Part shown: one piece after another, positions 36,859 through 45,732 of the stretch | How the letters are laid out: the number at the start of each line of letters is the position of its first letter | Position numbering within the stretch: position 1 is the first letter of the stretch | Source of the DNA: an uncultured Prevotellaceae bacterium | Lineage (GTDB): Bacteria; Bacteroidota; Bacteroidia; Bacteroidales; Bacteroidaceae | Assembly: GCA_945865175.1 (NCBI GenBank) | Contig: CAMBDA010000015.1 | Location: 3,082-67,081 of the forward strand | Direction of reading: 5' to 3' | Length of the DNA stretch: 64,000 nt | Translations under genes and position numbers: made by a program | The notes under the pieces: generated by a model | Told to the model about the DNA's origin: nothing | The model's database searches: none | The model's input: the letters and a program-made list of their open reading frames with translations, nothing else

Positions 36859-37638
36859 ATGAAACCATTGAAATATATAGGACTGATACCGGCCAGGTAT
36901 GCCAGCACACGGTTCCCAGGCAAGCCGTTGGCCCTGCTGGGCGGAAAACCTGTCATCCAGCATGTGTACGAAAAGGCCAGCGGTGTGCTGCAGGAGGTGT
37001 ATGTGTGCACCGATGACGAGCGCATCCTGGAGGCGGTAAGGCAGTTTGGCGGAAAGGCCGTACTCACGGCAAGCAGCCATCGCAGCGGCACGGACCGTTG
37101 CAGGGAGGCCTATCTCAACATAGGCAGCACGGCTGATGTGGTTGTCAATATCCAGGGCGACGAGCCCTTTGTCCATCCCGGACAAATCAAGGCCCTGCAG
37201 TCGTGCTTTGCCGACCCTTCCACCGACATCGCCACGCTGGTGAAGCCGTTCCAGGCCAATGACAGTGTGGAGATGCTGGAGAACCCCAATACCCCCAAGG
37301 TGGTGCTTTCGGCCGATGGGCGTGCGCTGTATTTCAGCCGCAGCGTGGTGCCCTATCTCCGGGGAGTGGACAGGCAGGAATGGCTCCGATGCCATACGTT
37401 CTACAAGCACATAGGCCTGTATGCCTACCGTGCTGATGTGCTGGACAGGATTACGCGGCTGAATCCGGGCCGGCTGGAGAAGGCCGAGTCGCTGGAGCAG
37501 CTGCGATGGCTGGAAAATGGCTTCTCCATCCGTGTGGCCATGACCGACGTGGAAACGGTGGGCATCGACACACCTGAAGACCTGGCGCGTGCCGAGGCGT
37601 TTCTGGCATCCCGGATGCAGAAAGGAGGTGACCGATGA
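36859..37638 (+). CDS. kdsB: 3-deoxy-manno-octulosonate cytidylyltransferase
   Basis: 259 aa. IPARYASTRFPGKPL and IQGDEP. Confidence 0.9.
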   Translation: MKPLKYIGLIPARYASTRFPGKPLALLGGKPVIQHVYEKASGVLQEVYVCTDDERILEAVRQFGGKAVLTASSHRSGTDRCREAYLNIGSTADVVVNIQGDEPFVHPGQIKALQSCFADPSTDIATLVKPFQANDSVEMLENPNTPKVVLSADGRALYFSRSVVPYLRGVDRQEWLRCHTFYKHIGLYAYRADVLDRITRLNPGRLEKAESLEQLRWLENGFSIRVAMTDVETVGIDTPEDLARAEAFLASRMQKGGDR

Positions 37639-38768
37639 GGATGGTGCGTACGGTAGTGCTGGCCGCTGTGGCTGCATGCGGAATGGCAGTGTCGGCACAG
37701 CAGGTGAAGATTGGGAACTACAAGTTCCCGGGCGGCGGAGAGTACCAGGGGGAACTGTACAAGGGCAAACCCTCGGGCACAGGCACCACCACGTTCCCCA
37801 ATGGCGACAGCCACACCGGCGAATACGTGAAGGGCAAACGTCAGGGAAAGGGCATATACCAGTTTGCCGACGGCGAGAAGTATGAGGGAGAATGGTTCCA
37901 GGACCAGCAGCATGGCCAGGGCACCTATTACTTTGCCAACAACAACCGCTACGAGGGACTCTGGTTCCGCGACTTCCAGCAGGGCGAGGGCACGATGTAC
38001 TATTACAATGGTGACAAATACGTGGGCAACTGGTTTGAGGACAAGCGTGAGGGCCATGGCACATACACCTATGCCAACGGAGCCTATTACAAGGGACAGT
38101 GGAAGAACGACGAGAAAAACGGTAGCGGCATCTTCGACTGGCACGACGGCAACGTGTATGAAGGCAACTGGAAGAACAACAAGCGCAACGGCCATGGCAC
38201 ATACACCTATGCCAGCGGTGACAGCTATACCGGCGAATGGCTCAATGACCAGCAGCACGGCAAGGGCATCTACAAGTTTCAGGACGGCAACCGGTATGAG
38301 GGCCACTATGTGAAGGGTGAACGCACGGGCGAGGGCATCTATACCTTCTCAAACGGTGACAAGTATGTGGGCCATTTCCTGAACGGAGAACAGGACGGAC
38401 AGGGTACCTTCACCTGGCACACGGGTGCCATCTATACGGGCGGGTGGAAGAACAACAAGCAACACGGCCAGGGCAAATACGTGTGGGCCAATGGTGATGT
38501 GTATGAAGGCTCATGGGTAGGCGGGCTGATGGACGGCACGGGCATCCTCCGGCAGGCGGACGGCGTGAAGTTCAAGGGCAGCTTCAAGGGCGGCCTGAAG
38601 GAAGGAAAGGGCGTGATGGAGGATGCCGAGGGCATTCGCTACGAAGGCACATTCCACAACGACCTGAAGGACGGTCTCTTTGTGGAGACCGACAAGAGCG
38701 GCAATGTGATAAGGGAAGTGACCTATGTGAAGGGTATCGAGCAAACCAAGCACACGGCCCATAACTGA
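37635..38768 (+). CDS. Secreted MORN-repeat protein (14 tandem 23-aa repeats)
   Basis: Signal peptide MRMVRTVVLAAVAACGMAVSAQQ. 14 units of Y-x-G-x-W-x(5)-G-x-G-x(6)-G. The start overlaps the kdsB stop (ATGA). Confidence 0.8.
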   Translation: MRMVRTVVLAAVAACGMAVSAQQVKIGNYKFPGGGEYQGELYKGKPSGTGTTTFPNGDSHTGEYVKGKRQGKGIYQFADGEKYEGEWFQDQQHGQGTYYFANNNRYEGLWFRDFQQGEGTMYYYNGDKYVGNWFEDKREGHGTYTYANGAYYKGQWKNDEKNGSGIFDWHDGNVYEGNWKNNKRNGHGTYTYASGDSYTGEWLNDQQHGKGIYKFQDGNRYEGHYVKGERTGEGIYTFSNGDKYVGHFLNGEQDGQGTFTWHTGAIYTGGWKNNKQHGQGKYVWANGDVYEGSWVGGLMDGTGILRQADGVKFKGSFKGGLKEGKGVMEDAEGIRYEGTFHNDLKDGLFVETDKSGNVIREVTYVKGIEQTKHTAHN

Positions 38769-38873
38769 CGAGCGAAAAGGAAGAAGACAAAGCCGGGCGG
38801 AATTATACCATATTAATATATATATATACGACTATATATACGACAACCGACAATAATAACAAAACAATATATT

Positions 38874-41018
38874 ATGGCTAGAACCACAAAGAAAGCTGAA
38901 TCGACAGACAGCGGTAAAGCGAAAGCCAAGAAGGCTGCAGCAAAGAAGTCTACCACCAGGAAATGTGCCTCTGCCCCGACAAAGAGCAAGCGCACCAAGA
39001 CACCGCCTATGTTAAAACTGCTGAAGAATGATGTCTACCTGCAGGAATATGCTGCTGCGGTGGACGGTCGCCACAAGCATGCTGTGGACAAAATCAACGA
39101 ACTGACCAACAAGGGAAAAACCACCCTGAGTGAATTTGCAAGCGGTTACCTCTATTTTGGGCTGCACCGTACGGAAAAGGGATGGGTGATTAGAGAGTGG
39201 GCCCCCAATGCCACGGAAATCTATCTGGTGGGCGATTTCAATGGCTGGAAGGAGGAGCCCAAGTATGCATTCAAGCGTCTGCGCAATTCCGGCAACTGGG
39301 AACTCAAACTTTCGCCCAATGCCATCAAGCACGGCGACCTGTACAAACTGAAGGTGCATTGGGAAGGCGGAGAAGGCGAACGCATCCCGGCATGGGTGCG
39401 CAGGGTCGTGCAGGACGAGCAGACCCACATCTTCAGCGCGCAAGTGTGGAATCCCGAGGAAGAATATGTGTGGAAGAAAGCCCATTTCAAGCCCGACACC
39501 AATCCCCTGCTCATCTATGAGTGCCATGTGGGCATGGGACAGGATGCTGAGCGAGTGGGCACCTATGTGGAGTTCCGTGACAACGTGCTGCCTCGCATCG
39601 CCAAGGAGGGATACAACTGCATCCAGATGATGGCCATTCAGGAGCACCCCTACTATGGCAGCTTCGGCTACCATGTGAGCAGTTTCTTTGCCGCCAGCAG
39701 CCGGTGTGGTACACCCGAGGAGCTGAAGTCGCTCATCGACACGGCCCACAGCATGGGCATTGCAGTGATTATGGACATCGTACACAGCCATGCCGTGAAG
39801 AACGAGAACGAAGGCCTGGGCAATTTTGCGGGCGATCCCTGCCAGTATTTCAATCAGGGGGAGCGGCGCGAGCATCCGGCATGGGACAGCCTCTGCTTCG
39901 ACTATGGCAAAAACGAGGTGATACATTTCCTGCTCTCTAACTGCAAGTTCTGGCTGGAGGAGTATCATTTCGACGGTTTCCGCTTCGACGGGGTCACCTC
40001 GATGCTCTATTACAGCCATGGGCTGGGCGAAGCATTCGGCAGCTACGGTGACTACTACAACGGCCACCAGGATGACAACGCCATCTGCTACCTCACCCTG
40101 GCCAATGTGCTCATTCATCAGGTGAACAAGAATGCCATCACCATTGCAGAGGAGGTGAGCGGCATGCCGGGCCTGGCTGCTCCCTTTGAGGACGGCGGCT
40201 ATGGATTTGACTACCGCATGGCCATGAACATACCCGACTACTGGATCAAGTGTATCAAGGAACTGCGTGACGAGGACTGGAAGCCCAGCTCCCTGCTGTG
40301 GGAGGTGACCAACCGCCGTCACGACGAAAAGACCATCTCCTATGCCGAAAGCCACGACCAGGCCCTGGTGGGCGACAAGACCATCATCTTCCGGCTGGTG
40401 GATGCCGACATGTACTGGCATTTCAAGAAGGGGGATGAGAACAGCATCGTCAACCGCGGCATCGCCCTTCACAAGATGATACGCCTGCTCACGGCCACCA
40501 CCATCAACGGAGGCTATCTCAACTTCATGGGTAATGAGTTCGGTCATCCCGAATGGATCGATTTCCCCCGCGAAGGCAACGGATGGAGCTACAAGTATGC
40601 ACGCCGCCAGTGGAACCTGGTGGACAACAAGGAACTGTGCTACCATTATCTGGGCGACTTTGACAGGGCCATGCTGGAGCTCATCAAGAGCCAGCGTGGC
40701 ATGCAGCGGCTGAGCGTACAGGAAATATGGCACAACGACGGTGACCAGGTGCTGGCCTATCAGCGTGGCGACCTCCTGTTCTTCTTCAACTTCAGTCCCA
40801 CAAAGTCGTTTACCGACTATGGTTTCCTGGTGCATCAGGGTGCCTACAAGTATGTGCTCAATACCGATGACGTGAAGTATGGCGGTATGGGATTCAACGA
40901 CGACAGCGTGGTGCATTTCACCAACTACGACCCCGTTTTGAGCCGTGCCAACAAGGGATGGCTGAAACTTTATTTGCCGGCTCGCACTGCTTGCGTGCTG
41001 CGTGTGGTGAAAGACTGA
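38874..41018 (+). CDS. glgB: 1,4-alpha-glucan branching enzyme (GH13, eukaryote-like type)
   Basis: 714 aa. CBM48-like N-terminal region and GH13 catalytic motifs (DIVHSH, GFRFDGVTSM, EESG..P, SHD). An alternative start at 39009 would drop a Lys-rich 45-aa extension. Confidence 0.85.
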   Translation: MARTTKKAESTDSGKAKAKKAAAKKSTTRKCASAPTKSKRTKTPPMLKLLKNDVYLQEYAAAVDGRHKHAVDKINELTNKGKTTLSEFASGYLYFGLHRTEKGWVIREWAPNATEIYLVGDFNGWKEEPKYAFKRLRNSGNWELKLSPNAIKHGDLYKLKVHWEGGEGERIPAWVRRVVQDEQTHIFSAQVWNPEEEYVWKKAHFKPDTNPLLIYECHVGMGQDAERVGTYVEFRDNVLPRIAKEGYNCIQMMAIQEHPYYGSFGYHVSSFFAASSRCGTPEELKSLIDTAHSMGIAVIMDIVHSHAVKNENEGLGNFAGDPCQYFNQGERREHPAWDSLCFDYGKNEVIHFLLSNCKFWLEEYHFDGFRFDGVTSMLYYSHGLGEAFGSYGDYYNGHQDDNAICYLTLANVLIHQVNKNAITIAEEVSGMPGLAAPFEDGGYGFDYRMAMNIPDYWIKCIKELRDEDWKPSSLLWEVTNRRHDEKTISYAESHDQALVGDKTIIFRLVDADMYWHFKKGDENSIVNRGIALHKMIRLLTATTINGGYLNFMGNEFGHPEWIDFPREGNGWSYKYARRQWNLVDNKELCYHYLGDFDRAMLELIKSQRGMQRLSVQEIWHNDGDQVLAYQRGDLLFFFNFSPTKSFTDYGFLVHQGAYKYVLNTDDVKYGGMGFNDDSVVHFTNYDPVLSRANKGWLKLYLPARTACVLRVVKD

Positions 41019-41034
41019 TGTCACACATCATTTC

Positions 41035-41075
41035 TGTATGGGGAGGGCGAAATGCCCTTCCCATACAAAGTTTTT
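41035..41075 (+). terminator. Intrinsic terminator after glgB
   Basis: 14-bp stem TGTATGGGGAGGGC/GCCCTTCCCATACA (one G-U pair), GAAA-type loop, then AAGTTTTT. Confidence 0.75.
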
Positions 41076-41108
41076 GTGTTTTTTCTTGCCATATTCTCCA
41101 ACATGTCG

Positions 41109-41116
41109 TAACTTTG
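41109..41116 (+). promoter_or_regulatory. -7 promoter box for the aminotransferase gene
   Basis: TAACTTTG, 46 nt upstream of the ATG at 41163. Confidence 0.5.
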
Positions 41117-41162
41117 CACACTAATTGAATCAATCATCATATAATAAAGAACAATATTTGTA

Positions 41163-42362
41163 ATGCCAAAGATATCTGTACGAGGGTTTGAAATGCCGGA
41201 GTCGCCCATCCGCAAACTGGCTCCGCTGGCCTATGCTGCCAAGGAACGTGGTGTGCATGTGTATCATCTCAATATCGGACAGCCCGACCTGCCTACGCCT
41301 CCGCAGGCATTGGATGCCATTCGCAATATCGACCGCAGTATTCTGGAATACAGCCCTAGCCAGGGCTATCTCAGCTACCGCAGGAAACTGGTGGGCTACT
41401 ATGATAAGTTTGGCATTAAGCTCACCCCCGATGACATCATCATCACCAGCGGCGGTTCGGAGGCCGTGCTCTTCTCGTTCCTGGCATGTCTGAACCCCGG
41501 CGACGAGATTATCGTGCCCGAGCCTGCCTATGCCAATTACATGGCGTTTGCCATTTCGGCCGGAGCCGTCATCCGCACCATCGCCACCACCATCGAAGAG
41601 GGCTTTTCGCTGCCCAAGGTGGAAAAGTTTGAGGAGCTCATCAACGAGCGTACCAGGGCCATCCTCATCTGCAACCCCAACAATCCCACAGGTTATCTGT
41701 ACACCCGTAGGGAGATGAACCAGATACGCGACATGGTGAAGAAGTACGACCTGTACCTTTTCTCCGACGAGGTGTACCGCGAGTTTATCTACACGGGCAG
41801 CCCCTATATCAGCGCCTGCCATCTGGAAGGCATAGAGAACAATGTGGTGCTTATCGACTCGGTGAGCAAGCGCTACAGCGAGTGCGGCATTCGCATTGGT
41901 GCCCTCATCACCAAGAACGTGGAGGTGCGTCAGGCTGTAATGAAATTCTGCCAGGCCCGCCTGAGTCCCCCGTTGATAGGACAGATTGCGGCAGAGGCCA
42001 GCCTGGATGCTCCGGAGGAGTACACCCGCGAGGTGTATGACGAATATGTGGAGCGCAGGAAGTGCCTGATTGACGGCCTGAACCGCATACCCGGTGTCTA
42101 TAGCCCCATTCCTATGGGTGCGTTCTATACGGTGGCCAAGCTGCCTGTGGATGACGCAGAGCGCTTCTGTGCATGGTGTCTCAGCGATTTCCAGTATGAG
42201 GGCGAGACCGTGATGATGGCTCCCGCAGCCGGTTTCTACACGACCCCTGGTGCAGGCAAGGACCAGGTGCGTCTGGCCTATGTGCTGAAGAAGGAGGACC
42301 TCACACGTGCGCTGTTTATCCTGCGCAAGGCCCTCGAAGCCTATCCGGGCCTTCAGCTCTGA
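41163..42362 (+). CDS. PLP-dependent aspartate aminotransferase (class I)
   Basis: 399 aa. ICNPNNPTG and PLP-lysine context SVSKRYSECG. Confidence 0.85.
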   Translation: MPKISVRGFEMPESPIRKLAPLAYAAKERGVHVYHLNIGQPDLPTPPQALDAIRNIDRSILEYSPSQGYLSYRRKLVGYYDKFGIKLTPDDIIITSGGSEAVLFSFLACLNPGDEIIVPEPAYANYMAFAISAGAVIRTIATTIEEGFSLPKVEKFEELINERTRAILICNPNNPTGYLYTRREMNQIRDMVKKYDLYLFSDEVYREFIYTGSPYISACHLEGIENNVVLIDSVSKRYSECGIRIGALITKNVEVRQAVMKFCQARLSPPLIGQIAAEASLDAPEEYTREVYDEYVERRKCLIDGLNRIPGVYSPIPMGAFYTVAKLPVDDAERFCAWCLSDFQYEGETVMMAPAAGFYTTPGAGKDQVRLAYVLKKEDLTRALFILRKALEAYPGLQL

Positions 42363-42420
42363 GGCCGCTCTTGCAGGTTCTCATTCCGCTTTCCGACAGC
42401 CTTCTTTGCGCCTATAGCCC

Positions 42421-43662
42421 ATGTTCACCTGGTTCATCGCCAAACGCCTTTTCCGCGACAACGATAACGTGAAGCGCGTGTCGCGTCCGGCCATCCTTGT
42501 TGCCACAATGGGGGTGGCCATTGGTGTGTGTGTGATGATTGTGAGCGTGTGTGTGCTGCGGGGCTTCCAGCAGGAGATACGTGGCAAGGTGATTGGCCTG
42601 GGCGGGCACATCCAGGTGGTCAACTACGAAACCCTCTACAAGACAGAAGCATCGCCCATCGTAGTGGACGACAGTCTGCTGAATAGACTCTCCCGCATTC
42701 CGGGTGTGCGGCATGTACAACGGTTCTGTGCCAAACCGGGAATGCTGAAGACCGAGGAGTCCTTCCGCGGGGTGATGTTCCGCGGGGTGGGAAAGGACTA
42801 CGACACCACCTTCCTCCATCGCCATCTGGTGGCCGGCAGTCTGCCCGCCTTTTCCGATACGGCCTCCGCAGGCCAGCTGCTCATTTCCAGCCGTTTGGCA
42901 TCCCAGCTCCATCTGGAGGTGGGCGACAGGGTGTATGCCTATTTCTTTGAACAGCAAATCCGCGCCCGGCGTTTCAAGGTGACGGGCGTTTTCAATACCA
43001 ATATGGCGGATATGGACAATAACCTGGCATTCACCGATATTTCCACCGTGCAGCACCTGTGCGGATGGGACCCCCTACAGTATGCAGGTGCCGAGGTGGT
43101 GCTGGAACGCTTTGATGAGTTGGCCCAGGTGTCGGGGCGTGTAGAGGATGCGGTCAACCACACCCACGATGCCTATGGAGCCTATTACTCTTCACCCACC
43201 ATCAGCGACCTTTATCCCAGCGTGTTTTCGTGGCTGGAACTGCTCGACACCAATGTGTGGGTCATTCTTATCCTCATGGTGTGTGTGGCAGGCTTCACCA
43301 TGATAAGCGGTCTGCTTATCATCATTCTGGAGCGTACCAACTTTATTGGAGTGATGAAGGCCATGGGAGCCACCAATGCCCAGATGCGGCGCGTGTTTCT
43401 TTGCTTTGCCGCCTTCATTGTGGGGCGTGGCCTGCTCTATGGCAATCTGCTGGCAGCTGTGCTGATAGGGGCGCAGATGCAGTTTCATGTGGTCAGCCTT
43501 GACCCACAGTCATACTATATGGACACGGTGCCCATGTCGGTCCACCCGGGCTATCTGCTGCTCATCGATGTGTGTACCCTCGTGGTGAGCATGCTGGCCT
43601 TGGTGGTGCCCAGCTACCTGATTTCACACATCCATCCCGCCCGCAGCATCCGTTTCGAATAG
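42421..43662 (+). CDS. FtsX/LolE-like ABC transporter permease
   Basis: 413 aa. MacB-like periplasmic domain between TM1 and TM2, plus a C-terminal FtsX 3-TM bundle. Confidence 0.8.
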   Translation: MFTWFIAKRLFRDNDNVKRVSRPAILVATMGVAIGVCVMIVSVCVLRGFQQEIRGKVIGLGGHIQVVNYETLYKTEASPIVVDDSLLNRLSRIPGVRHVQRFCAKPGMLKTEESFRGVMFRGVGKDYDTTFLHRHLVAGSLPAFSDTASAGQLLISSRLASQLHLEVGDRVYAYFFEQQIRARRFKVTGVFNTNMADMDNNLAFTDISTVQHLCGWDPLQYAGAEVVLERFDELAQVSGRVEDAVNHTHDAYGAYYSSPTISDLYPSVFSWLELLDTNVWVILILMVCVAGFTMISGLLIIILERTNFIGVMKAMGATNAQMRRVFLCFAAFIVGRGLLYGNLLAAVLIGAQMQFHVVSLDPQSYYMDTVPMSVHPGYLLLIDVCTLVVSMLALVVPSYLISHIHPARSIRFE

Positions 43663-44493
43663 AATGGCTGTCCATTGGTTGTGGCTGTCCTGCTTCACGG
43701 GGTGCAGCCCCAGTTCTTCTGCGCTGTGGCAGATGGCATCGGCATCTTGCAGATAGAAACCGCTCAGGAGCATCCTTCCTCCCCTTTTCAGCGTACGCCT
43801 GAAGACGGGCATGTCGTGGAGCAGGATGTTGCGGTTGATGTTGGCGATGAGCAGGTCGTAGTCGGCAGCTTCGTCCTCCAGGATGCGGCTGTCGCCCAGT
43901 TTCACGTTAATGGCCGTACAATGGTTGAGTGCCATGTTGTCCAGGGTGTTGGCCACGCTCCGCTCGTCAATGTCATAGGCAAGCACGCTGCTGGCCCCCT
44001 TCATTCGGCACAGGATGGCCAGAATGCCCGTGCCCGTGCCGGCGTCAATCACCCTTTTCCCCTGGATTGGCAGTTGCTCAATCAGTTTCAGGATCATGCC
44101 GGTGGTTTCGTGGCTTCCCGTCCCGAAGGTCATGCTGGCGTTGATGACGATGTCGTAGGCCACCTCCTGTAGGGCGGGTGTGCGTGTGTCGTGGATGTGT
44201 ATGTTGTCGCCGATGCGGATGGGGCGGAATCCCTCCTGTTCCCATGTGGCATTCCAGTTCTCGTCGGGCACGGCCTCCACGCGGTAGCCTATTTCGATGC
44301 CCTCGATGGGGAAACCGGCCAGGCACAGGTCCACCTTGTCGGTGTCCAGCAGGGTGCAGGGGATAAAGCCTTGCACGCCCTTGTCCGTGTAGGCAAAAGA
44401 GTCGAATCCGATGGCGGCAATCTCTTCGCTCAGCACATCGGCAAGAGCCTCGCTGAAGGGCTCAATATGGAAGGTTACACAATAGTATCTCAT
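43624..44493 (-). CDS. prmA: Ribosomal protein L11 methyltransferase
   Basis: Start trimmed to MRYYCVTFHIEP. SAM motif VIDAGTGTGILAI and the FGTGSHETT motif. Confidence 0.85.
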   Translation of the reverse strand: MRYYCVTFHIEPFSEALADVLSEEIAAIGFDSFAYTDKGVQGFIPCTLLDTDKVDLCLAGFPIEGIEIGYRVEAVPDENWNATWEQEGFRPIRIGDNIHIHDTRTPALQEVAYDIVINASMTFGTGSHETTGMILKLIEQLPIQGKRVIDAGTGTGILAILCRMKGASSVLAYDIDERSVANTLDNMALNHCTAINVKLGDSRILEDEAADYDLLIANINRNILLHDMPVFRRTLKRGGRMLLSGFYLQDADAICHSAEELGLHPVKQDSHNQWTAILFETDAAGGMDV

Positions 44494-44598
44494 AGAAAAA
44501 CGTGAAATTTCCTGCAAAATTATACCAAAAAAAATTAATGAGAGGGTTTTTTCCCATGAAAATAGGGTAATCCCTTTGCAAGTGTCGTGCAAAGATGC

Positions 44599-44606
44599 TA
44601 ATTTTG
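44599..44606 (+). promoter_or_regulatory. -7 promoter box for the low-complexity protein gene
   Basis: TAATTTTG, 27 nt upstream of the ATG at 44634. Confidence 0.5.
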
Positions 44607-44633
44607 TGGTGTAAAACTCAAAAAACAAAGGTT

Positions 44634-45662
44634 ATGACACGTAAATTCATGCTTATGCTGGCCCTCGTCGTAATGCCGATGGCCATACATGCCCAAACCG
44701 ATGACATGTATTTTGTTCCTTCCAAGGCAAAAAAGGCCGAAGAGAAGGTAGAAAAGAAGGTAGTGGAGCGTGTGGTGGACCCTGCGCCTGAAACCGAGGC
44801 CGAGGAGGCTGATTATCATAGCGGTTCGCTGCGCGATGTGGATGAATACAACCGTCGTGGCAGCAGACAGGTGCTGGCACGCCTGGACGGCGACACGCTG
44901 TATGTGCAGCAGGCCGACACTTTGCCCGATAAGGAATACCTGGTGCGCTACCAGGATGAAGACTATTATGCCGACAGCGAATTCCGCGATGACTATTACT
45001 ATGCCATGCGCCTGCATCGCTATCATGGCTTCTATTACCGCGACCCCTTCCTGTGGGATGTGTGCTTCGGATGGTACGACCCCTGGTACGATCCCTGGTA
45101 TGGATGGTATGGGCCCTATTACCGTTTCGGCTGGTGTGCATGGGACAGCTGGGGCTGGGGCTGGGGTTATCATTACCCCGGGTGGTGCCATGGCTGGGGA
45201 CCCGGCTGGCACCACGGATGGGTGCCCACTCCCCATCGGCCCTATCGGCCAGGCGGAAGCGCGCTGGCCAATCGTGGCTACCGTGCAGGGTCGGGCCTTG
45301 CAGGAGGCAGCAGTGTGAGGGGCGGACGCACCGCGACCAGCACCGTCAGCCGTTCATCGGCCATGTCGGGCTTGCGTTCCAGCCGTATGCTCAACAGCAC
45401 CCGTGTGGCTACCGATGCCACCAATGTGCGCATGCCTTCCCGCACCGTCACTTCCCGTGGCGCACGCGTGGGCACTTCCTCGCGTTCTTCCCTCCCCACC
45501 ACATCTTCCTCCTCGCGTTCCAGCCGTTCTTCCATGCCAACGGTGAGCAGTTCTTCGCGTGGCAGCATGGGCAGCGGTTCGTTTGGCGGCGGTTCGTTTG
45601 GCGGTGGTCGCAGTTCGGGCGGCGGTAGCGGAGCCAGTCGTGGAGGCCGTGGAGGCCGTTGA
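44634..45662 (+). CDS. Secreted hypothetical protein with an acidic region, a Trp/Tyr/Gly-rich core and a Ser/Arg/Gly-rich (RGG-like) tail
   Basis: Start trimmed to MTRKFMLMLALVVMPMAIHAQ (signal peptide). Contains WYDPWYDPWYGWYGPYYRFGWCAWDSWGWGWGYHYPGW and a C-terminal GGSFGGGSFGGGRSSGGGSGASRGGRGGR. Confidence 0.65.
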   Translation: MTRKFMLMLALVVMPMAIHAQTDDMYFVPSKAKKAEEKVEKKVVERVVDPAPETEAEEADYHSGSLRDVDEYNRRGSRQVLARLDGDTLYVQQADTLPDKEYLVRYQDEDYYADSEFRDDYYYAMRLHRYHGFYYRDPFLWDVCFGWYDPWYDPWYGWYGPYYRFGWCAWDSWGWGWGYHYPGWCHGWGPGWHHGWVPTPHRPYRPGGSALANRGYRAGSGLAGGSSVRGGRTATSTVSRSSAMSGLRSSRMLNSTRVATDATNVRMPSRTVTSRGARVGTSSRSSLPTTSSSSRSSRSSMPTVSSSSRGSMGSGSFGGGSFGGGRSSGGGSGASRGGRGGR

Positions 45663-45732
45663 TCGCTGGCGATGGATAGCACATGTGTGAGAATTGAAAT
45701 GATTACTTAAGGACAAACAGAACAGACGTATT

